IMG/VR virus record: IMGVR_UViG_3300007214_000060
Coordinates: 29,397 to 93,396 of that record
Strand: one strand, 5' to 3'
Source: a virus
DNA: 64,000 nt
Shown: positions 50,101 to 62,100 of the stretch, in pieces
Layout: each line of letters starts with the position of its first letter
Position numbering within the stretch: position 1 is the stretch's first letter
The notes under the pieces: generated by a model
The model's input: the letters and a program-made list of their open reading frames with translations, nothing else
The model's database searches: none
Told to the model about the DNA's origin: nothing
Program-made: the position numbers and the translations under genes

Positions 50101-53100
50101 GTTGGTTATGTTCATTACAGCTTCTGACATAGCTAAAGTTTCAGCGGCTATTCTACCAGCTTCTGATTCTGTTGATGTAGACGCTGTGCCTTGACTAGTA
50201 GATGACGAGGCCGCTGTTGTTGATGTTGAATCGGAGGGTTCTTGTTTCACTGGCGCAATGCCTAGTGTTTCATCAAATAATGCTTGAGCTTCTTCTGTTT
50301 TTCCTTGAGCACTTAATTCTGTAATTGCTCTTGCTTGAGCCTGTATTTCTGCTGGAGTTCCGGTAGCACCTTGTTGCTGTAATTGTAAAGATGTTATACC
50401 AATATCTCTAACTCTTTGATCTTGCTCATAAGCCGAATCAGCCAACTCTTGTAGTTTTTTCTTTCTTTCGTCTTCTGTTAATGTTTTATCTTCTCTAATC
50501 GCTTTATCCTGAGCCATAAACTCCGGAGATTGAGCAGCTGATTTTCCTGCTGTTATAGCCGCAGCATTTATGTCAGCAAGTTGTTGCTTAGCCTCTGGCG
50601 AAGAGGTGTCTAATCCAACCTCTTGCGCCTCCAAAGTTAATTGGGCTAAAGCGTCATCACTATATTTCTTCTCCTCTTCTAATCTTTTTCTCTCATCTGC
50701 TATATATCTGTAGCCGCCGTATGCGGCTAAGCCCAATACCGCTAGTCCAGCAACACCAGCCGCTCTACCGGCGCGACCGCGGAATTTTACACCCCTACCG
50801 CCTTTAACCGATGGTTTAGGTTGTGGCAATTTAGATGGTGGCCCTTGTGCTCTGCGTTTTCCTGTTGGTGGTGCAGATGTTGCTGGCTTAGTCTGGGCGG
50901 CTGCCGCTGTGGCTTGAGTCGCGGCTGGCGTTGCTACGGTTTGGGTCGCCGCTGGCGCTGCCGCAGCCGGCGGCGCGGCTGTTGCTGCCGCGGTAGCTTG
51001 AGCCGCTGCTGGTACTGTTGTGGTAGGCGCTTGACCTCTTCTTGGCGGGGATGGTTGCGGTGTTGTCGCGGGTGCGCCCGGTTGTCTTCTTGGTGGTCCA
51101 GATGTTGCGGTTGGTTTTTGGGTGGCTGCTGCGGTAGCCTGAGCCGCTGCCGGCGCTGTTTGAGCAGGGCCGGTCGTGGTGGTTTTTGTGCTAGGTTTTC
51201 TACCACCTTTTCTTTTCTCTGCTTTAATCTGCTCATCAACTGTTCTAGCAGCTTTAGCTTTTGCTTCTTCTTTGCCAAGATTAGGATCTTCCGCTCTTAA
51301 TCTCTTAGTTTCGGCTTTTATTCTATCTTTTCTTTGGGCCGCTTCGACCTCGCGAACCTTAGCGGCTTCGGCTCTAGCTTGTGGTATCCCCGTCGCCCTA
51401 TAAATACGCCTCCCCCCTTCTACTGCTGCTCCTGCTACTATTGCTGCGCCTGCTGCGTCAACAGCCGCTCCACCGTATCCAGTAACTTCCGCGCCAAATA
51501 AACCAGCGACTTTGCTTTTATATGATTCTGATTTTGTTGTGTCTATTCCTTCCGGCTCTGCTCTGGGTTTTGGTGGAGGAGAAGCAACTCCAGCTTCAGC
51601 ATCTCTTTTTCTAGCTTCTTCTGCTGCTGTTTTAATATTTTCTAAATCAGCTGTAACAGCAGCATATGCTCTTTCTACTATAGTTGGATAGTCGCTATTC
51701 ATTCTTCTGAAAAATTCATCTATACCCTTTACTGACTCATTGAAATCAACCTGTTTTGGATCGGGTATTTTTAATTGTTCAGCAGCTTTTCTAATTGATT
51801 CCGCAATTTTTTCTCCGGCAGTTTTTTGAGCCTGTATAGCATCTCTATAGGCCTGTACCTGAGGATCTTCTTGATTATCTTGACCCCTAATATCTGCTAA
51901 GACTTCTTCCCAGCTTGTGCCGCTAATAAGCTCGTCCGTAAGTTTTATACCTTGTGCCTTAAGACTGCCTTCTAATAAATCAGCTCTTATTTTATTAAAC
52001 TGTTCTGGTTTTAATATGCCTTGTAGATCAGCTAAACCACCAAAAGCATCTTGTCTAGTTTGTCTACTTTGTAGCTTGGTAGGATTAGCAAGAGCCGCTC
52101 TTAAACCAGCGGCTCTAAACTGTGTTTCCTGAACATCAGCGGCGCTACCAGTTAGTAGTTTTTCTGTCAGATCTCCAACGGCCTTGCTTCTTTCTCTTTG
52201 TGCGGCGATCTTGCTAAGAGCATTGGATGCTCGCGTTCCGTCAGAAGCTAATTGATCTAGCGCTTGCGAACCATCATTAATAGCTCGCGAAAGATCTCCT
52301 TCTTCATTGATTAGTGCCTTAGTTTCAGCTTGTAATCTTTCAAATTCTACTTCATTTTGTGGATTTGCAGCTCCAAGAGCAGCAATTTGATCCTGTATTC
52401 CCTGTCTTTGTCCTCGTTTTTGCACTAATTCTGCCTGCTTATCTTGTATAGCGCCAGCTATTTCTTGTGGATCTGTTGATCCACCAGCAACAAGAGATGA
52501 CGTAAGATCTCTGATGCCCGCCTCAAACGGAGCATTTAATTGGTCTAGCGATAAGTCTCTGTCAAACACTTTTGCTAAGTCTAATTCTGCTGAGATTCCA
52601 ACTATATTAGCTTTTCTAAGAGCTTCGGCAGATTGTGAGATTAGCGTGTTATACTGATTCTGATATTGAATAGCTTTATCTAATAAATCATAATATGTTG
52701 ATACAAATTTCTGTAATTGCTGCGCACCATTATTTAGCGTTGTGCTTAGTTTTTCAAAATTACTAGCATCAACAGGCTTGCCGCTGTCAAGCTCTCCTCT
52801 TGCCTGATCCATAATTTCCTTAATCGCTGTTTGCGCTCCAGTAGATACCGTCCTATCTGGTCTTGCAACAGCAGCAGTTAATTGCCTTTGTAATTCGGCC
52901 ACTACTCCCTCGCGCCCACGAACATCTTCCCGATCATCTCCCGCAAAGTCTGCGGAAGCTTTTATAAGCTGTGGTAATTGATTTTGAAATACTCTAGCTA
53001 AATTAGCGGTGTTGGCTAATGCAACAGCTTGCTCTCCACCGCCGCCAAGAGTTGCTGCAAAATTAGCTGCTTGAGATACTTCTTCTGGAGAATATGCTGA

Positions 53101-56100
53101 TATATTACTTAAAACTCTTTCAAATTTTCTATCGCTTTTTTGAACCTCTGATTTTCCAGTAAGATCACCAACTCTGGCCTGAATATCAACATCTAGTTGT
53201 TCAAGCTCAGCTTTAAATCTGTCTGTAAAACTACCCACTCTATTGAACACATCATCCAGATTAGAAAATTCATTAGCTAAAACTTGAGTAGCTTTGGCTA
53301 GAGCAGCTTGTTTAGCTAATAATTTAGCATTTTCATCATTATAATATTGCCCAATTTTTATTGCTTGAGCTCTATCAGCATTAATCTCTTTACTAATTTG
53401 TTCATCGGTTGCTCCAGCTTCTTTTCTAGCTCTCATATATGAATCTAGAGCAGCTGTGTTTAGAGCCGTGGTTGTGATTTCTTGTTTTTGAGCAGCGGTT
53501 AAAACGTCGCTTCCTGTTTTTGCTTGTTGAGCAGCTGCGGCGGCGGCTAACATAGAATCAACATATTGTTGAGCTATAGGATTAAATTCGCTAGTTCCAG
53601 CGTTAAGCTCATCATATAATTTCATTAGTTGATCAACATTCAATTTTCCAAGGTCTCGCTCAGCAAATCTTGATGCGATATCCTGTTGTTTTCCTGCCTG
53701 ATTTACCAAAGCCCCAAGAGCTTCTTGTCTTTGTGCTGCGCTGGGTCGATTAAAAAATCCGTATGATCCACCAGCAATTCCGCCGATAGCTCCACCTATC
53801 GCAGCACCAACAGCTGTTCCTATTACGGGCACAACACTACCAGCAATTGCTCCAGCAACAGCGCCTCCAATTGCTCCAGCCACAGCGGTACCAGCTATAC
53901 CTCCAGCGTCTCCAGCAGTTAGTGTAGAGCTACCAAGAGCTAAACTTCTAATATCACCACTAGCTTGGATAACATCTCCAAATGCTTTTTGAGCATTTTT
54001 AAAGTTAACATCATTAGCTGTTTGGGCCAAATTTTTAAGAGCAATATCCAGTTCGCCAGTAGTTGATGCTATTTTTTCCAAAGCATTAATTAGTATTTGT
54101 TGATTTTTAGCACTAAAGAAGCCTTGAATACCACCAATAACAGCTCCTCCAATTCCAGCAACCAAAGCACCAACCGGGCCAGCAATTTGAGCGCCAAGCA
54201 CAGCGCCACTAGCAGCTCCTGTGCCAGCACCACCCAAAGCTCCAACAGCACCAGCAACATTAACGTTGGAAGATAGTGCTGGCGCGTAATTTTTAAGACC
54301 TTGTTGTAATTGATCTGCTATTAATGTTGCTCCAGCCCCAACGCCAGCTATTCCTCCAACATTAGCAAAAGCTTGACTAAATCTACCACCTTTACCGCTG
54401 ATAAAATCTGCTCCAGCGCCAAGAACTCTACCACCCCTACTTTCTGAGAATTTGCCAAGCATACCTGGCGCAAATTGAGCAAGAGCGCCGAACCTTTGAC
54501 CTTCTCTGCTCTGAACAAAGCTCTGTCTAGCGACCTCTTTCGCACTATCTCCAGCCTCTCCAAATTCTCTTTCTAAAAGATCAACAGATATGCCCAATTT
54601 TTTCGCAGTATTAAGCATAGCGACCCTGAGAGCATCCGCCCCTTCAGGAGCTGATCCTATAGCGTCTGTAAATGCTTTTTGAGCAGCGGCTAGATCGCCT
54701 GAACCTAAACTTTCTGCTACTGTTTCTGCTGATGCTCTTAGCTCTTTCATTTTTTCTTCGGAGTCACCAAGCGTTGGATTTAGCTCAACCATTTGCTGAA
54801 CTATGTTATCTGTTTCTGCTGCTAGTCTTTGATTAATTGATGCTAACTCTACGGTTGCCGCTTGTTTTTCCTCAGCAGTTCCTCCACTACTAGTAATGGT
54901 TGCTTGGGCCTTTGCTCTTGTTTGAGCTAAATTTTTAAGAGTATCTTGTTGTAAAAATAATTTATTAGAAGCTTCTGCTTTTCTACCCTCAAATTGAGCT
55001 CCTGATGCTTCAAATCGCGCCCTACCTAGTTCTTTTGCTATTCCTAACTTAACCGCTCTAACATTTGTTCCGTCTGTTTGTGCTCTGTATTCAAAAAATG
55101 CATTATCTGATAATTTTTGTTGTTCGGCCAGAATTCTTGGGTCGGTTTGAGTAGCTGACGGTTTTGATGGATATAGAGTTTCTTTTTTATTTTCAGCTCG
55201 CTCTTTTTCTGCTCTAGCGAGTTCCAAAGCTCTGTCTGCTTCTTGAACTTCACTAATGTCGAAAGATTGAGTCTTACCACTTTTATCAGTAATTTGTCCA
55301 GTATTGCGTACTTGTTCTATTGCTTTAGCTTTGTTTTTATCGCTTAAATTTTCCCAATCAGTAACCCTAGCTCTTAATGAGTTCAACAGATTCTGCTCTG
55401 CTTGTCTCACTTTATCTTGAGCATCGGCTTCCAATTTCGAAGCGGTAGAAACCTGAGCAGCAACGCCAGAATAAGACCCTTCGGCAGCCTCTATAGCGGC
55501 ATTTAACTCTACTATTTTTTGAGCACTTGTTTTTATTTGGTCGTTAAGCAATATTGCTTCTCCGCCAGTAGCAGTAGAAGCTCTAGATTCTAGTTCAGAT
55601 TTATTTTTTTGTTCTGATGATAATTCTGATTGTTTTTGAGATATAAAATCTCTAGCCGAGATATTGAAGTCTTCCATATCTTTAGCTTTACCAAATCCTT
55701 TATCTCTTTCACTCACTCTGCTCGCTAAATTTTTTTTATTATTTTCTATATCTTGTAGATACCGAGGATTAACTGTTATATCATCTCCTGTATCTAACCT
55801 TGCCTTTCCACCTGTTCTTGTGACCTCTTGTAAGATTTCTTCCACTTTAGAGTCGCTAGGTTTTCTTCCTGTTATGGCTTCAAATTCTGCTCTAATAGAG
55901 TCTCTTAGCACTTTACCAGTTTCAGCTATGTCTGACTCAAAGGCGTTGATAGCATCTGTTAAACTATTAAACTCGGTTTCTATACCATTAACTATAATTT
56001 CCAATTGAGAAATGTCTTGTACTACAGATTCCATTTCATCTGTTATCTTTTGTTTTTCTTCTGGAGTACTAGCAGCGGTTCTTTGTTGTTCTAGTTGTAG

Positions 56101-59100
56101 ACGTTTTGCTCGCTTTGACTCTAACAAGAATCGTTTGTCTTGTAATTCTTTACCTTTCTCTCCAATATCTGATATTCCTCCTGTAGATCCGCTAGCAAAC
56201 TTTCTAATTCCAATGTTTCCTCCTCTACTAAATCCCAGAGCATCCATAGCTCCTTTTCTGATAACATAACCACCAGTAGGCAAACTAATCGGACCAATAC
56301 TATCACTGGTTCCGCTACCCGGACCCTTGAATACGCTTATGCCACCACCGCCAGAAAAACCTCTCATACCATTACGATCAGCTTGATTTATTCTGTCTAA
56401 TTTTGCATATCCTATTTTTTTAGCTACTGTGGGAGGAACAAAACCCTCTCCGTTACTAACCATAGCAGCAACACCGCCACCGGAGAATCTACCAATAGGA
56501 CCACCCATGTTTCTAGACAAGAAACTAGCCTGTTGCATCTGTATAAACTTGGAATATTTAGGATCGTTGAGATCCACTACATCTGGATCATTAATAAACT
56601 GTTGAGAGTTTTTGCTGTATCCACTTTGTAATATCCAAGCAGGATCATTAGCTGGTGGCCAAGTTTCTGGTTTTCCATATAATTTAGGATCTAATAATGA
56701 ATTATTTTTAACCCAATATTTAGGATCTAATGGCGTCTTTTTAATAGAAGATCTTGCGAAAGCATTTGCCCAATATCTTTGAGCGTCTTGACTCACCATA
56801 TTTCTGTCAGGTGTTAGCATACCCCCTAATTGGCTAACCTTTTCTATAACCAATTCGTACAGATAAGGACCAAATCCACCAGTAGCTCCAGATAAACCTA
56901 CAGAAAAAATATTATCTCCTAATTTTTTAGCTGTTACGGAGCCTGATCTATCAGAGTTTTTAAAGTACGTTGCAATAACTTCCGATCCAGAAGATCTTAT
57001 ACCAGCCTTTCCAAAAATTCCAGATTGTTTCTTTTTTATTAATTTATCTAATAAAGGATCCTCTGATATATCTTCAAGAGAACTAGATTCTGTTTTACTT
57101 TTGAGTTCTTCTTCTATCCAATCGTTTATATGAGGCAATAAGTTGCCAGCAGTATCGAACGATGATGTATTATTAGTTCTATCCTTGCGCTTAAATTCTT
57201 CTATCCAATCTTCTTTAGTACTAAATTTTGGTTTGTCTACAACGCCACCTATATTAAATTTTTGTCTTTGTACTCCACCAGCAGCAAATAATTCATCTAA
57301 TGTTGATTGTAGTATGCCATTAAGATTACTATCTAATATTGGATAATTCTGTAATAATGTTGTTAAAAATTCCTCTTTACCCATATCCTCTAATTTATTG
57401 ATTCTAGAGTCCTCTACGCCAAGCATTTTTAGTGTAGAATTAACAACAGGATTCAGAGTCTTAAATGGTTTTGCTGTTGTTACAGCATCAGCAGCCCGTC
57501 TAATGTCCATCGATCTGGTTAGTAATTCTTGATTTTCTGGCTTTTGCTCTCTGAGAAGAGCTGTTTGTTGAGATGATAGTGCTCCTATTTTATAACTTCT
57601 ACCATAAGCTATATCAGCACTCTTATAATTAGCGCCCGGTAGAGCATCAATAGCTTGAGCCACATCATCATTATCTCCATCAAATAATGAAACAACTCTA
57701 GTTTTGTATTTATCAAAACTTTCTGGAACCCTGGTTTTAAAAGTACTTAATAACTGATGACCTAGTTCGTGATATAAACTAGAAGCCGGTGCTCCTGCTC
57801 CGAACATCGAAAGTTTAGTTTTAAATCCAATAGTTCCTCGTCCAGTAGTTTCCGCAACACTCTTAGCATTCGCCCTAGCAGCTTTTTCGGCTGTTAATTT
57901 AGCGTCCTTTAGATTAAATAATCGGTCTTTAAGAACTCTTAATTCTTCATTAGCTTTTGTAGCAGCTTCGTAGTCGTAAGAAAAGCTACCATCTTCAAAA
58001 GTTTTAACAGGCTTTTTGATAATTCTCTTGATCTCTTTTTCTTTTTCTTTTATTAGTGCTTGAATACCATACAAATCCTGCTCTTGAGCTTCTGACCATC
58101 CAAAATTTTCAAGACTATAAGCTTTTCTATTCAAACTTGGATTTGGATCAAAGTATGCGGTTGATATGCCGCCACTGGGCTGGTCAAAATCTACAACCTG
58201 TGGTAAATAGTCAATTAATGATTCTGATGGTAAACCAATAAATTTCGCAAAGTCGCTCATTCCGCTAATCAGCGTATTTCTTGATAATCTTTCTTTGAAA
58301 CTGCTTTTAAACCTCTCTAAATCAAGAGGAGAGGAATCATATGCTTCTCTCATTCCTAATTCATCAACCCTAACAGTAGTGTCTTTGAGAGCGAATCCAG
58401 CCCTTGCATCAAACTCCTCAAAAGATGTCATCTTATCTAATTCTTTAAAATAAGCATTAGAGATTCGTTTGGGGAATGGGAAAGTTCCGGTTCCGAATGA
58501 TCTTTGAGGAGCTTTTACTGCACCTCCGGCCATATATCCTTGTGCTCTTAGATAGTTGGTAATATTACTAATCATATCACCAGCACCACTCAGTGTATAT
58601 TTGGCGTCTGTTGGTAATGTCACGAACATCCCACCATCGTTAAATAATCCGGCTGCTTGAGATCCTAATCCTTGTGGAAAGTCTATAGATTGTCGATCTG
58701 TATTTCTAATTGCCCCTAATTCTTGTAGTATATTTTGAAATAAAACACCTTTCGCCGTGTTTGCTTCTGATCCTTTGGGTTGGCCATATGGCATCAAATA
58801 GCTTTTACCCCTCAAGCCCTCTCCTCTAATAGTTTCGGCTACTCCAGCAACATTTGCTGGATCATCATCAACAAACGATCCTCCTCCTAATTTTTGGACT
58901 ATAGCAGCTTTAAGCTTAGGAATAGAAGAACCGCTAACATTCGCTCCTCCAACACCATAAATATTTTCTAGTGGTATAGGAAGACCAACACTATCTAACC
59001 ATTCTTTAATAAGAGGAGCAGTAGTTTGTGATCTAGCAGTATTAATAAACATTCTGTTTAGGAGTTCACTAGATCCTGATGATTTTACAAGATCAGCTAA

Positions 59101-62100
59101 TGATTGACCAAAAGGACTCAGCGACGAAGATCGTAATGCTTCTCTAACTTTATCCAGATCTTGGAATTCAGAAAACATGGGTGCGCCCGGATCAGATGAT
59201 ATAACATCAGCACCATAATTAATAACTTTATCAAAATCACTAATTAATTTATCTCCACCGACTATGTCATCTAAAATTTGAGCTATAGTCATTTGCTGAG
59301 CAGCACCCATTATAGTGGATTCATAACCAGTATCTATTTGACTTTGCATCAGTGCCTTAAACTTATCGTTAGCTAATCTTCCACTTATATTAACTGTTAC
59401 TGGATTTTTAAGCCTATCACTAAGAACTCTTACCTCGTTAGAATATGGATTGCCAGCAAGTCCAACAGCACCGAAAGCTAAGCCTTTCTGGGAGATTCCT
59501 CCCATAGTTGCGGCATATTGTGCATTGATAGCATCTATGAGCACTTGTTTAGCTGCTTTATTAGATCTTAATATTGTTGTTGTTCCCTGTATCTTATCTT
59601 TGCCTAGATCAAAGCCTTCTTTTTGCAATAATGCTATTGCTGGACTTATACCGCCAACCCTACTAATAAGTTCACTACCAGCCATCTTCATAGATGCTTG
59701 TTTTATATCAACCTTTTTTGGCCCAACTTTTGCTTTTGATGTTGCTGTTTTTGCTGCTTTGGCGGCTTTTGCTTTGGTTTTTTGGGCCACAACCTCTGAT
59801 GGTTTTGCAACAGCGGGAATTGCTGAGAGCGGTGTGGCAGATGGCCTAGTAGAAAAATCCAAGCCATACTGATCAGGTTTAGCGGCTGCAAGTTTGGCTA
59901 AAAGTCTATATGGTTCAAATTGAGCGCCAGTTCTTATCTTATCTCTTTTATCTCTAAGTTGTCTTAATACTTCTGCTTTAGCGGCGTATTCTGGATCTTC
60001 TTTCTCTGTAGTTTTATTGATTCTACTTATTCCTAAAGCTTCGATTTGTTGTTCTATTGCTTTTAATGATAGCTGTTTATTTTTTTCTACTTCGGCTATT
60101 ATATTAGGAAGAACACTAGCTCTATTTTGTATTCTTCCAATATTTCTAGAAATCATATCATAAACTGGTGGACTTAAAACTTTTTGTAGTTCAGCAAGAT
60201 TTCCTTCTTCTATTAATTTTCTAACAAGCGTACCACTAATACCGCCGCTGCGCTCAAGATTAACGGTTTCGTATCCGGCCTTTATATATTTTTCAAGATC
60301 CTGTTCCGTTTTCTCCGCAACAAAAGCTGTACTTCCTGGAGCTGGCACAACTACTCTTCTTCGTCCATCACTTTCTCCAATATCAAAACCTTGAGGAACT
60401 TCAAAATCTCTTGGTTTTGGTATTACTGTTGCTCCTTTTGATCCGAATCCTGCCTTTGCCAATAATATTCTAGCATCTTGATCAAAAATTGCTGTTCTAT
60501 AATTATATTCTCCATCTTTGTCTTTAGTAATTCCTTCATCGGAACCAACTAATGCTATAAAATCTTCGGGAGGTATACCATAAGCAGCAGCTGAATCAAC
60601 TATGCTCTCATGACCAGCTGTTGTTGGAGCATATCCTCCCCATGTGAAACCTATTCTCTTTTTAATAATCTCAACTAATTCGTTTCCACTTTTTCTTCGC
60701 AATCTTCCGCTCTCTGTTCGTCCAAGAACTACTGATCTTTTTCCAAGAGCATCCCCCAACAGTGCTTCTCCAACAGCTGTATCTCTACCTACCCCAGAGG
60801 TTGTGCCTGGTCTTCTACCCTCTAAGCCTATTCCTGTGGTATCCCTACTAGTTCTTTGTGCCTTTATTCTTTCTTGCTCAGTTGCTGTTGTTGAGCTTAA
60901 TGTATAAGCTCTATCAACCTCACTTAAAAATCCTTCTAATTTATCTCGTGATACGCTACTAGTCAAGATCAATATTTCATTTGCTTTTTCAATATCTTCT
61001 GGGGTTAATATCGGAAAACGAGTAGTTTCTCGTAGCGTTCCAACATCTGTTCCTTGACCTCGTGCTAGTGTTGTTTTTCCACTTCCAGCAACACCATATA
61101 TAGCTCGAAGCTTATCTAATTTTTTGCTTTTTCTAGCTTTAACAGCAAGGTCGGTCAGGTAATCTGCATATAATCGTGGTCCAGTTACTCCGGCCTTTTT
61201 CATTCCGGCCTCGACAACTCCGGCATTAGCCTCATTAGCTATAACATCATAATCAATATATCCAAGATTTCTTTGTACTTTTCCTCCAGCCATAAAGCTT
61301 TTAACTTTACCACCCGATCTTAACATTTTAGTTGTTAAATCCAATTTTGTTTTTTCAAATTCTTTATCATCCTCTCCATAATATAATTCATATAAAGTTC
61401 CTAGACTCAGTCCGCCTGTTGACCCTACACCTCCTGGTTTTTTGCTTTTTAAATCTTTTGAAAAACTACTACTAACTGTTCCGCTAGCTCTTGTTATCTT
61501 AAAACCAACATTTGGAGGAATAATAAATTCTTTTTCTTCATCATAATTTTCTAATTTTTTCTCACTAATTTTTTCTAGTCCCGGGAGTCTACGACTTTTC
61601 TCTGCTGCTTGTTGATTAACTTTTGTTTTATTTTTTGCTTTTACAATGTCTATAGTTTTTTGAGCTGTTGAACTTCCATCTATATTTAGTAAAGCTCCAG
61701 GATTTTGCACAAAAGCTTCTGCTTGAGATTTATCCGCACTAACAGATAAGAATGTTGGAAAGTCTACTGTTTTTCCAACTAAATTTTTGAGAGTTTCTGA
61801 TGGTTTAGATGATAATTCTTTTGGTGTTATTTCAGTATCACTTAATATTTCTTTTAATTGGCTTCTTCCTAATCCACTATATGTTTTTTTAGGTATTTTA
61901 AATTGGCTAGCTGCTAATAATCTATCTCTAATATCTTGTGTTTGATATCTTTCTCCTCTGGGATCTGTGAATGTTTTTTTATCAGAAGCTAATGCTTTTG
62001 TGAATGGTCCACTTCCAGCTTGGTAATATGTTATAGCATCGAGCATCTCTTGGGTATCGTATTGGTCAGTTGATTGTAATCCGGGTCCTTTACGATTAGC

